Of a stretch of DNA of 64,000 nt, positions 19,652 through 28,554 are shown one piece after another (position 1 is the first letter of the stretch; the number at the start of each line of letters is the position of its first letter). Position numbers and translations under genes: made by a program. Source of the stretch: a virus; the IMG/VR virus record IMGVR_UViG_3300044646_003076. One strand, written 5' to 3'. The notes under the pieces were generated by a model. It was not told the origin of the DNA and did not search any database. It saw only the letters and a list, made by a program, of their open reading frames with translations.

Positions 19652-22645
19652 ATGCCAAAAAAAGAAGAGCATTATTTAGGTAATCCCCTATTAAAAAGAT
19701 CTAATATTGATGTAGAGCTAACTCAGGAACAGTTTATTGAATTAGCAAAATGTGCTGATGATCCGATTTATTTTGCTAAGAATTATATTAAAATTGTAAC
19801 TCTTAATGAAGGTCTAGTAAATTTTAAGCCTTATCCTTTTCAGGAAGAAATGCTTAAAAACTTCTATGAGAAAAGATTTAATATTTGCAAACTGCCCAGG
19901 CAAAGCGGAAAATCAACGACTACTGTTGCATTCTTGATTCATAACATGCTTTTTGATGAGCACACATCTATTGCGATTCTTGCTAACAAAGCCCAGACAG
20001 CAAAAGAAATTTTATCAAGACTTCAAACGGCATATGAGAATCTTCCAAAATGGATGCAACAGGGTGTTAAATCTTGCAATAAAACTTCAATGGAGCTTGA
20101 GAATGGCTCTAAGGTAATTGCCGCATCTACTTCGGCATCAGCGGTTAGAGGTGGTACTTATTCACTGCTAATGTTGGATGAATATGCATTCGTTCCCGAA
20201 CAGATTGCTAATAACTTTATGCGATCTGTTTATCCAACGATCTCGTCCGGTGATAATTCTAAAGTTATTGTGGTATCTTGTGTCACTAAAGATACTTATC
20301 TCTTAACACCTTCGGGATATAGAAAAATTGAGCGCCTAATTGACGAAAAGAAAGAAGGTGCTTATTTTACAAATGAATATACCGTGATGGGTAGAGATAA
20401 ATTCTATTCAAGTAATATAATTGTTAATAACGGAAAATCAACAACTAATATCATTAAAACTCGTTATGAAGAACTTGAATGCTCCGAAAACCATAAGTTA
20501 TGGGCACATAAAAATGGTAGATATGATTATTTTAAGAGTAGTGAATTAGCTGTTGGTGACTATATTGCCTTAAAATATAACACTCAAGTTTTCGGTAATA
20601 ACGATTATGTTGGATATTACCCCGAAAAGGGTAAAAATAAAAATCATTTTTCTTGTTCATATATTAACGAGGATATCGCCTATTTCGTTGGTCTTTATAT
20701 CTCAGAAGGTTATGCTAGAGACCATTATTCAAAGTCTAGTGGAAATTTAATCGGTGGACAAATAGTAATATCTTGTGGAGACGATATTTCAGAATCACTG
20801 AGCAAACTAGGTTTAAAGTTCAGAAAAATTGATGATGTTCATTACATCATAAATTCAAAAAATTTAGTAGGATTTTTAAAGGAATTAGGTTTTGATGTTA
20901 CAAAGAAAGCTCCATCTAAAACGATCCCCGATAAAGTACTATCATGGTCTAAAAATAACATAACAGCATTACTCAGGGGAATGTTTGATGGTGATGGTGG
21001 AATCACAAAGAGAGGCAGAATTCATTATTCCTCAACTTCTAGAGAATTAATAAGACAAGTTCAACTTTTATTATCTAATTTGGGAATTTTGGGTTCAATT
21101 TATAAATCTATAACACCCCCCACAGAGAAAGTAAAAGTTTATTCTACAGTTTATACTATTGAAATTGAAGGCAGGTTTTCTACAGCTTATAAAGATCAAA
21201 TAGGATTCGGATTAAAAAGAAAAAAAGACTTATTTTCATACATAAAAATTCCAAGTAGAACTGGACATCCTACAGATGTTGTTCCAGAGTCTGCTTTAAC
21301 AATAATAAAAAATGGCAACAAAGAAATAGAAAAACTTTATCTTATTCCTAAACGGAAAAAGAAGGTTTTTACTACTTTTTCAAGAAGTTTACTATTAGAG
21401 CACAAATCTAAAATTTATCCTTTAGCTGATGATAATCTCAAAGAATTTTTTGATGATAATGTAGACGAGAATCTAATCTGGTTAAAAATTAAAGATACCC
21501 AAAAATCAGAAAATGAAGTTTTTGATGTTTCTCTTCCTGATGTAAAAGATGATAAATGGTGTCACTCGGTTCTTTATAATAACTTTTTAGGTCATCAGAC
21601 GCCACAAGGCATGAATCATTTTTATAATCTTTGGATGAGCGCAAAGAAAGGTAAAAATGGTTACCATCCATTTGAGATCCATTGGTCTGACGTACCGGGA
21701 AGAGACGAAAAATGGAAACAACAACAGATTGCTAACACTAGCGAAAAAGACTTCAACCAAGAATTCAATACTGAATTTTTAGGCTCAACAGAAACTCTTA
21801 TTTCAGGCCAAAAGCTCGTTAAAATTCACACCTCTGATCCATTAAGATCAATAAACTCTCTTGATGTTTACGAAGAACCCAAAGAAGATCATGTTTATGT
21901 AACATTAGTAGATACTGCCCAAGGAGTAGAAAAAGATTATCATGCTTTTGTTATTATTGACATAACAAACAACTCCAACAACAAAGGATTACCCGCATAC
22001 AACGTAGTAGCAAAATATAAAAATAATGAAATCAAACCTGAAATTTATTCCAGTGTTGTTAAAGATATAGCTTTTGTTTATAATCAATCATTTTTATTAT
22101 GCGAAGTTAATGAAACGGGTAGACAAGTAGCGAATGATCTATTAGAGGATGGTTATCCTAATATGTTACAGTGTTCAACAAAAGCCAGAAGTGGTCAGTT
22201 TATTGGTCAAAATTTCTCTGGTAAATATGAACCCGGTGTTAAGATGCAGAAGAACGTCAAAAAGATTGGCTGCATAAAACTCAAGACTCTTATTGAAGAA
22301 AATATCCTGTTCATCAATGATAGAGACATCTTTGCTGAATTAACAACCTTCGTTCAAAAAGGTTCAACATTTGAAGCAGAAGCTGGTAAAAATGACGATC
22401 TTGTTATGTGTCTAGTGATGTTCTCTTGGCTAACAACCAATCAGTATTTCAAAGATCTTGTTGATGATGATTTAAGAAAAAGACTACTACAAGAGAAAAA
22501 AGACCAAGAGGAATCTGATATTTTACCTTTTGGTTTTGCTCCTTATGAAGAAGAAGTGATAGTTGATGAAAAAACCGGAAATGTATGGCAAGTTGTTGAA
22601 GAAGATGAAATGAATGCTATGTTAAATCTATTCAATTACTATTAA
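19652..22645 (+). CDS. gp17: Terminase large subunit, interrupted by a 440-aa intein
   Basis: Walker A PRQSGKS, Walker B LLMLDEYAF, motif III IVVS|TPQG split by the intein, C-terminal RNase H-like nuclease (TLVDTAQG; NDDLVMCL). Confidence 0.97.
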   Translation: MPKKEEHYLGNPLLKRSNIDVELTQEQFIELAKCADDPIYFAKNYIKIVTLNEGLVNFKPYPFQEEMLKNFYEKRFNICKLPRQSGKSTTTVAFLIHNMLFDEHTSIAILANKAQTAKEILSRLQTAYENLPKWMQQGVKSCNKTSMELENGSKVIAASTSASAVRGGTYSLLMLDEYAFVPEQIANNFMRSVYPTISSGDNSKVIVVSCVTKDTYLLTPSGYRKIERLIDEKKEGAYFTNEYTVMGRDKFYSSNIIVNNGKSTTNIIKTRYEELECSENHKLWAHKNGRYDYFKSSELAVGDYIALKYNTQVFGNNDYVGYYPEKGKNKNHFSCSYINEDIAYFVGLYISEGYARDHYSKSSGNLIGGQIVISCGDDISESLSKLGLKFRKIDDVHYIINSKNLVGFLKELGFDVTKKAPSKTIPDKVLSWSKNNITALLRGMFDGDGGITKRGRIHYSSTSRELIRQVQLLLSNLGILGSIYKSITPPTEKVKVYSTVYTIEIEGRFSTAYKDQIGFGLKRKKDLFSYIKIPSRTGHPTDVVPESALTIIKNGNKEIEKLYLIPKRKKKVFTTFSRSLLLEHKSKIYPLADDNLKEFFDDNVDENLIWLKIKDTQKSENEVFDVSLPDVKDDKWCHSVLYNNFLGHQTPQGMNHFYNLWMSAKKGKNGYHPFEIHWSDVPGRDEKWKQQQIANTSEKDFNQEFNTEFLGSTETLISGQKLVKIHTSDPLRSINSLDVYEEPKEDHVYVTLVDTAQGVEKDYHAFVIIDITNNSNNKGLPAYNVVAKYKNNEIKPEIYSSVVKDIAFVYNQSFLLCEVNETGRQVANDLLEDGYPNMLQCSTKARSGQFIGQNFSGKYEPGVKMQKNVKKIGCIKLKTLIEENILFINDRDIFAELTTFVQKGSTFEAEAGKNDDLVMCLVMFSWLTTNQYFKDLVDDDLRKRLLQEKKDQEESDILPFGFAPYEEEVIVDEKTGNVWQVVEEDEMNAMLNLFNYY
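20279..21598 (+). mobile_element. Full-length intein with a LAGLIDADG homing endonuclease in gp17 (residues 210-649)
   Basis: Starts CVTKDTYLL; block B ECSENHKL; LAGLIDADG motifs AYFVGLYISEGY and LLRGMFDGDG; block F EVFDVSL; ends YNNFLGHQ followed by +1 Thr. Excision restores KVIVVS-TPQGMNHFY. Confidence 0.95.
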
Positions 22646-22659
22646 AAAGACCGTTTACC

Positions 22660-22665
22660 TAAATA
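22660..22665 (+). promoter_or_regulatory. Late promoter (CTAAATA) for gp18
   Basis: Intergenic TAAATA followed by SD GGAG. Confidence 0.75.
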
Positions 22666-22699
22666 ATTTTTAGCAAGCTGAATTATTTTGGAGCAATAA

Positions 22700-24880
22700 A
22701 TGGCAACACCTCAATTATCTCCAGGGGTTCTTACTAGGGAAGTAGATCTTACTGTAGGTCGTGCAGATAATGTACTTGATAACATCGGCGCTTTTGCTGG
22801 TCCCTTTCCTATTGGCCCGGTAGAAGATCCGATTGATATTATCACCGAGCAAGATCTTATTAAAGTATTTGGTAAACCAGAAAATACTAATAATCAATAT
22901 GAATATTGGATGTCTGCCAGTTCATATCTGAGTTATGGTGGTATTCTAAAGGTCGTTCGTGTAGATGATGCAAATCTTGTTAACGCTAACGCAATTCGTA
23001 ATTCTTCTGGAGTTTCAACTTGTGGTGATACTACACTCAAAATCAAAAACTTTGATGACTACGAATTAAATCATTCTGACGATATTGCCAATTATATCTT
23101 TGCTGCCAAAAATCCCGGAGAGTGGGCCAACAGTCTTAAGGTTTGCATTGTTGATAACAAGGCCGATCAGACTTTAACCGTTTCTGCTGGTACTGCTACA
23201 TCTACCGCTATTGGTATGGGTGTTACTGTTGCTCTCACCAATCAAGTTGTGGCTGGCGCTGGTTCTACTAGCCTCTTCAATGGTTATCTGAAGGGTATTG
23301 TAACTGGTAAATCCAGTGCATCTCTTGATGTTAAAATTGTCTCAAGAGTAGCTACTGGTAGTACAGAAGAGCAACTCGTTGAGTACAGAAACGGCGACCA
23401 ATTAACTTCTATCGTATCTGGTAGCACTATTACTGTTACTAATTCTGTGGGTGCTGCACAAACCACCCAAACTCTTGCTGCAGATTCTGTTGTTGATTGG
23501 TATGATCAACAAAAACTGGAACTCGTTAATACTACCATTTATTGGAATTCCATTGCACCTAAGCCCATCAGTAGCGAATTTGCGGCTGAAAGAAATGGTA
23601 GAAACGATTCTATTCATATTGCTATTGTTGATGACACTGGAACTGTCACCGGCATTCAAGGCAATCTTCTAGAGAAACATCTATTCCTTTCTAAGGCAAC
23701 CGATGCCATTTCTGCAGTAAATTCACCTCAGAAAATCTGGTGGAAGGATTATCTTGCTCAGTTTTCTAATTTTGTTTTTGTTGGTGATGATCCATCTGAC
23801 AACAGCAATCCTAATGAGGTAGTTTATCAAACTGGTTTCTCTAGTGGTTTTGTTGGTATTACTACCGCTCAGGGTCAATGGAATCAGCCAGCACAAAGCA
23901 AAACTTTCTCAGCTATCGGTAACGTAACCTATAATCTGTCCGGTGGTAAGAACTATGGCAGCACAAGCGGTTTGACTGCTACTCTTGCCAATTTGGTCTC
24001 CGCATATAGATTGTTCAATAACAGAGACGAGATCCCTGTTGACTACCTGATTATGGGACCCGGTTTGACCAATAAGGCAGAGTCTCAGGCTAAGGCCCAG
24101 GAACTCATCGCTATTGCAAATCGAAGAAAGGATTGTATCGCAACTATCTCACCTCATAGAGATGATGTAGTTGGAGTAACTAACCGTGAAACCCAGACCG
24201 ATAATGTCATTTCGTTCTATGCTCCATTATCATCTTCATCTTATGCGATTTTTGATGATAATTACAAATATACTTTTGATCGCTTCAATAATAAGTTCCG
24301 ATATGTGCCAACCAATGCCGATGTTGCAGGTCTTTGTGTAAGAACCAGTATCGTTGCATATCCTTGGTTCTCTCCTGCAGGACAACAAAGAGGTATTCTC
24401 AATAATGCTATCAAACTTGCTTATAATTCTGAGCGTCCTCAGAGAGATCGGCTTTATTCTCAGAGAATCAACTCTGTAATCAATCAGCCTGGTATCGGAA
24501 TTCTACTTTACGGTGATAAGACTGCATTGGGTTATGCATCGGCGTTTGATAGAATCAACGTTCGTAGACTCTTTCTTACTATTGAACAAGCATTTGAAAG
24601 ACTTGCACAGGCTCAACTATTTGAAATCAACGACGATATTTCTCGTTCTAATTTCATCAACAGAGTTGAACCTTATCTACGTGATGTTCAAGCCAAGCGC
24701 GGTCTTTATGATTTCCGTGTTGTTTGTGATGAATCTAATAACACTCCCGATGTTATTGATAACAATGAATTTAGAGGAGATATTTACCTCAAGCCTGCCA
24801 AAACAACCAACTTCATCACTCTTACTTATGTTGCAACCCGAACTGGAGTAAGTTTTGAAGAAGTTGTTGGTAGAGTATAA
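22700..24880 (+). CDS. gp18: Tail sheath protein
   Basis: MATPQLSPGVLTREVDLT; YPWFSPAGQQRG; AFDRINVRRLFL; FVVCDESNNTPDVIDNNEF-type C-terminus. Confidence 0.97.
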   Translation: MATPQLSPGVLTREVDLTVGRADNVLDNIGAFAGPFPIGPVEDPIDIITEQDLIKVFGKPENTNNQYEYWMSASSYLSYGGILKVVRVDDANLVNANAIRNSSGVSTCGDTTLKIKNFDDYELNHSDDIANYIFAAKNPGEWANSLKVCIVDNKADQTLTVSAGTATSTAIGMGVTVALTNQVVAGAGSTSLFNGYLKGIVTGKSSASLDVKIVSRVATGSTEEQLVEYRNGDQLTSIVSGSTITVTNSVGAAQTTQTLAADSVVDWYDQQKLELVNTTIYWNSIAPKPISSEFAAERNGRNDSIHIAIVDDTGTVTGIQGNLLEKHLFLSKATDAISAVNSPQKIWWKDYLAQFSNFVFVGDDPSDNSNPNEVVYQTGFSSGFVGITTAQGQWNQPAQSKTFSAIGNVTYNLSGGKNYGSTSGLTATLANLVSAYRLFNNRDEIPVDYLIMGPGLTNKAESQAKAQELIAIANRRKDCIATISPHRDDVVGVTNRETQTDNVISFYAPLSSSSYAIFDDNYKYTFDRFNNKFRYVPTNADVAGLCVRTSIVAYPWFSPAGQQRGILNNAIKLAYNSERPQRDRLYSQRINSVINQPGIGILLYGDKTALGYASAFDRINVRRLFLTIEQAFERLAQAQLFEINDDISRSNFINRVEPYLRDVQAKRGLYDFRVVCDESNNTPDVIDNNEFRGDIYLKPAKTTNFITLTYVATRTGVSFEEVVGRV

Positions 24881-24886
24881 TTATAT

Positions 24887-24892
24887 TAAATA
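24887..24892 (+). promoter_or_regulatory. Late promoter for gp19
   Basis: Intergenic TAAATA followed by SD GGAGG. Confidence 0.7.
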
Positions 24893-24913
24893 CTTATTAC
24901 GGAGGATAAATTA

Positions 24914-25549
24914 ATGTCTACTCTAAGAACAATTACTGGCTTCAAACAAAGATTAAGAGGTGGTGGCTCTCGTCCTAATCTTTTTGAAGTCAGTATTCCC
25001 GCTTTTCCATCTACTCTAGGTATTACCTGGGGTAGACAGGAAGCAGAAGATTTTAACTTCTTTTGTAAATCGGCTGCTATTCCGGGCTCAACCGTCAATC
25101 CGATTGATGTGCCATTTCGCGGACGTTCATTAAAAATTGCGGGCGATAGAACCGTTGCACCTTGGACAGTAACCGTTACTAACGATGAATCATTCAATCT
25201 TCATAATGCCTTTTTGCAGTGGCAGAATGGTATGAATAAGATGGAAAACGCTACTGGTGCAACATCTCCTTCTGCATATATGGTCAATGCTTATGTTGAT
25301 CAATTAGGAAGAGGTGCAGACGCTGGACGTTATTCTACTCGCAACTCCGCTACTGGTGGCGCGGTTGGTAACGTGTCTATTCCTCCGGTCCGTAGATTCA
25401 AACTTATTGATGTCTGGCCTTCGGATGTAGGTGAGATCGCTCTTTCTTATGAACAAGACAACACTATTGAAGAATTTAGTGTTGAGTTCCAGATTCAATA
25501 CATCGCTGTTGGTGAAGATGGAGATCAAAACGGAGTGATTATTCGCTAA
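24914..25549 (+). CDS. gp19: Tail tube protein
   Basis: GGGSRPNLFEV; PFRGRSLKIAGDRT...WTVTVTNDESF; IEEFSVEFQIQY. Confidence 0.97.
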   Translation: MSTLRTITGFKQRLRGGGSRPNLFEVSIPAFPSTLGITWGRQEAEDFNFFCKSAAIPGSTVNPIDVPFRGRSLKIAGDRTVAPWTVTVTNDESFNLHNAFLQWQNGMNKMENATGATSPSAYMVNAYVDQLGRGADAGRYSTRNSATGGAVGNVSIPPVRRFKLIDVWPSDVGEIALSYEQDNTIEEFSVEFQIQYIAVGEDGDQNGVIIR

Positions 25550-25555
25550 TAAATA
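25550..25555 (+). promoter_or_regulatory. Late promoter for gp20
   Basis: ATAAATA immediately after the gp19 stop. Confidence 0.7.
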
Positions 25556-25578
25556 GATCACTTAGAACTGTTTGATAT

Positions 25579-27702
25579 ATGACTAAACTTTTTGGTTTTT
25601 CAATTGATGATGATAGCGAATTATCTCCTAGTACACTTTCCCCCGTTGCTCCTTCAGATGAGGACGGGGCTGATTTTTATCTAACTAGCGGATTTTTCGG
25701 TACTCATATTGATATTGAAAATATCTATAGAACCGAATTTGATCTTATTCGTAGATATCGTGAAATGGCGCTACATCCAGAGGTTGATTCCGCTATTGAA
25801 GATATCGTAAATGAGGCTATTGTTTCTGATACTAATGATTCTCCAGTTCAAATTGAATTGTCTAATCTTAATGCAAGTGATAAACTAAAAGCAGACATTA
25901 GACAAGAATTCAAGTATATTTTAGAAATGTTAGATTTTGATAAAAAAGCTCACGAGATTTACCGTAACTGGTATGTTGATGGAAGACTGTATTATCATAA
26001 AGTTATTGATATCAAAAGACCCAAAGACGGCATTCAGGATCTTCGCTACATTGATTCCATGAAAATGCGTTATGTTCGTCAAGAAGTAAAAACCGAAAAC
26101 GAAAAAATTTCAGCTAGACAATTCGGTGATGCTGATCCGATGAACTATAAGTTCCCGAAGATTGAGGAATATTTTATATACACACCAAACACATCTTATC
26201 CTGTGGGTGGACCAAAAGAAATGACCGCAGGACACGAAAAAGGTGTTAAATTTGCTCGTGATTCTATTGTTTATTGTACGAGTGGTCTTCTTGATAGAAA
26301 TAAAGGAACAACATTATCATATCTCAATAAGGCATCTAAAACACTCAATCAATTAAGAATGATTGAAGATAGTCTTGTTATTTACCGACTTCTTCGTAGT
26401 TCTGAACGTCGGGTATTTTATATTGACGTTGGTAATCTACCAAAAGTGAAAGCAGAACAACATCTTCGGGATGTGATGATGCGTTATCGTAATCGGTTGA
26501 CTTATTCTACATCCGATGGTACTATTAAGGATGATAAGAAATTTATGGCAATGATGGAAGATTTCTTTCTTCCTAGACGTGAAGGTGGCAGAGGGACTCA
26601 GCTTGATATTGTTCCTGGTGGTTGCCTTGCTATGAATACTAAAGTATCTCTTTTGGATGGTAGAGAACTTTCTATCTCAGAAATTGAAAATGAGATGAAG
26701 GATGGTAAAAAACTTTGGACTTATTCATGTCATCCAACAACAGGTGAATTCGCTCCCGGATTAATTTCATGGGCGGGTGTTACACAGAAAAAAGCTAAAG
26801 TATTAAGAATCACTTTGGATAATGGTGAGAGTGTGGTGTGTACTTACGATCACAAGTTCCCAATTTATGATGTTGGTTTTGTTGAAGCTCAAGAATTAAC
26901 GACGGAATCTAGAGTAATTAGTGCTCATAAAAATCCCAACATCATTCCAACTATCGTTAATATTGAATATCTTCCAGATGAAATTGAAGTCGGTACTCTT
27001 ACTATTGATTCCGATGAAACTATCCACAATTATCATACATTCGCATTATCTTGTGGAATTTATACAAAAAACAGTAATCTCGGCGAATTAACCGATATAA
27101 ACTACTTCCAACGTAAGCTCTATAAGGATCTTGGTGTTCCCGAATCTCGCATTGGCGGTGACTCAGGTTTTAATCTTGGTAGATCTTCTGAAATTCTGCG
27201 CGATGAAGTTAAATTCTCTAAATTCGTTGGAAGACTTCGCAAGAGATTTGCGGGATTATTCACCGATATGTTAAAAACTCAACTCATTCTTAAAAATATC
27301 ATCACACCACAAGATTGGTCACAAATGAGTGAGCACATTCAGTTTGACTTCTTGTATGATAATCACTTTGCCGAACTCAAAGAAGCCGAATTGCTCACAG
27401 AGAGAATGAATAATCTTTCTATAGCAGAACCTTATATCGGAAAATATTTTTCTCGTGATTATGCTCGTCGTAAGATTCTTCGTCAGACGGATCAAGAGAT
27501 TGTTGAAGAAGATGCTAAGATCAAAAAAGAAATTAAAGATGGTGTTATTCCCGATCCAAACATTCCAGTTGATCCTAATACCGGTCTTCCTCTACCTATG
27601 GAGAGTCCAGGCAATAACATTCAAGGTGATATGGGTAAAATTCCCGTAGAACCAAAAGTGGATAGCTCCGCCGTTGAAGCCCCGAAAGGTGGCGAAATCT
27701 AA
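25579..27702 (+). CDS. gp20: Portal vertex protein, interrupted by a 150-aa mini-intein
   Basis: YREMALHPEVDSAIEDIVNEAIV; RRVFYIDVGNLPKVKAEQ; EDFFLPRREGGRGT...PGG|SNLGELTDINYFQRKLY. Confidence 0.97.
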   Translation: MTKLFGFSIDDDSELSPSTLSPVAPSDEDGADFYLTSGFFGTHIDIENIYRTEFDLIRRYREMALHPEVDSAIEDIVNEAIVSDTNDSPVQIELSNLNASDKLKADIRQEFKYILEMLDFDKKAHEIYRNWYVDGRLYYHKVIDIKRPKDGIQDLRYIDSMKMRYVRQEVKTENEKISARQFGDADPMNYKFPKIEEYFIYTPNTSYPVGGPKEMTAGHEKGVKFARDSIVYCTSGLLDRNKGTTLSYLNKASKTLNQLRMIEDSLVIYRLLRSSERRVFYIDVGNLPKVKAEQHLRDVMMRYRNRLTYSTSDGTIKDDKKFMAMMEDFFLPRREGGRGTQLDIVPGGCLAMNTKVSLLDGRELSISEIENEMKDGKKLWTYSCHPTTGEFAPGLISWAGVTQKKAKVLRITLDNGESVVCTYDHKFPIYDVGFVEAQELTTESRVISAHKNPNIIPTIVNIEYLPDEIEVGTLTIDSDETIHNYHTFALSCGIYTKNSNLGELTDINYFQRKLYKDLGVPESRIGGDSGFNLGRSSEILRDEVKFSKFVGRLRKRFAGLFTDMLKTQLILKNIITPQDWSQMSEHIQFDFLYDNHFAELKEAELLTERMNNLSIAEPYIGKYFSRDYARRKILRQTDQEIVEEDAKIKKEIKDGVIPDPNIPVDPNTGLPLPMESPGNNIQGDMGKIPVEPKVDSSAVEAPKGGEI
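26623..27072 (+). mobile_element. Mini-intein (no endonuclease) in portal gp20 (residues 349-498)
   Basis: Starts CLAMNTKVSLLDG; block B CTYDHKF; ends YHTFALSCGIYTKN followed by +1 Ser. Excision restores PGG-SNLGEL, matching the PGGQNLGE portal motif. Confidence 0.92.
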
Positions 27703-27725
27703 ATACAATTATTCTAAAAACAATT

Positions 27726-27881
27726 ATGGAAAATCTAGCTCAAATGATTCTTCAAAAAGAATCTCCTTCAAAAATTTCTGATTATATCAAAGACCAACTG
27801 AATCTAAAAGCGGTTGAAAAAATTGATCAATTCCGACCAGAAGTAGCCGCTAATCTTTTTGGCGTAGAAGAAGAAAATTGA
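27726..27881 (+). CDS. 51-aa conserved small protein after the portal gene (prohead-core-like position); absent from the ORF track
   Basis: Translated by hand: MENLAQMILQKESPSKISDYIKDQLNLKAVEKIDQFRPEVAANLFGVEEEN*. Late promoter TAAATA at 27700-27705; fills the gap exactly. Confidence 0.8.
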   Translation: MENLAQMILQKESPSKISDYIKDQLNLKAVEKIDQFRPEVAANLFGVEEEN

Positions 27882-27882
27882 A

Positions 27883-28554
27883 ATGGATCTGAGTGATCTT
27901 TTTCAATTAGTATCCGAAGAAAAGAAAAAACAAAAAGAGGAGTTTGATAATCTCGTATCAGACTCCTTTGAAAATCTAGTCTGGAATCAATTAGAAGAGA
28001 AAACTAAACCTAAAAAGAAAAAGAAGAAAGTAATAAAAGAAGAGGTATTACCACCTCAACCACAAACATTACTAGAGCGTTCTTTAGGAATATTATCGGA
28101 GCCTTCTGATAAAAAACAAGACCGTGATCCACTAACACCATTAGATCAAAAGTTTGTAACATTTGAAGAGCTTCAAAAACATTACACACTATTCATCTCA
28201 AGAATCCAACAGCAGTTATCCACATTAGGTGGAGGTGGTGAAGCTAATCTAGCCTTTATGACGTTGCCGGTAAGAACGGTAACGTCTTCTTCTTATATAA
28301 TCACACATAGAGATTATTATGTTGGAGTTAATTATGCAGGAGCGGTTACGATTACTTTACCTAAAGCCGACCGTGAAGGTAGAAAATATACAATAAAAGA
28401 TGAATTAGGTCAAGCATCTAGAGGAACTAATCGCTACATAACAATCGTTCCTCAATCTGGTGATCTTATTGATGGAAGAAATAATGCAATATTAGCTTTT
28501 GATTATGGTAGTCTAACATTTATATGGAAAAGTAATTCCTGGAGAATCATATGA
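27883..28554 (+). CDS. Hypothetical two-domain protein (cyanophage-type N-terminus plus a beta-rich C-terminal module)
   Basis: DPLTPLDQKFVTFEELQKHY...QQQLSTLGGGGE linker, then YYVGVNYAGAVTITLP...TIKDELG. Confidence 0.7.
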   Translation: MDLSDLFQLVSEEKKKQKEEFDNLVSDSFENLVWNQLEEKTKPKKKKKKVIKEEVLPPQPQTLLERSLGILSEPSDKKQDRDPLTPLDQKFVTFEELQKHYTLFISRIQQQLSTLGGGGEANLAFMTLPVRTVTSSSYIITHRDYYVGVNYAGAVTITLPKADREGRKYTIKDELGQASRGTNRYITIVPQSGDLIDGRNNAILAFDYGSLTFIWKSNSWRII

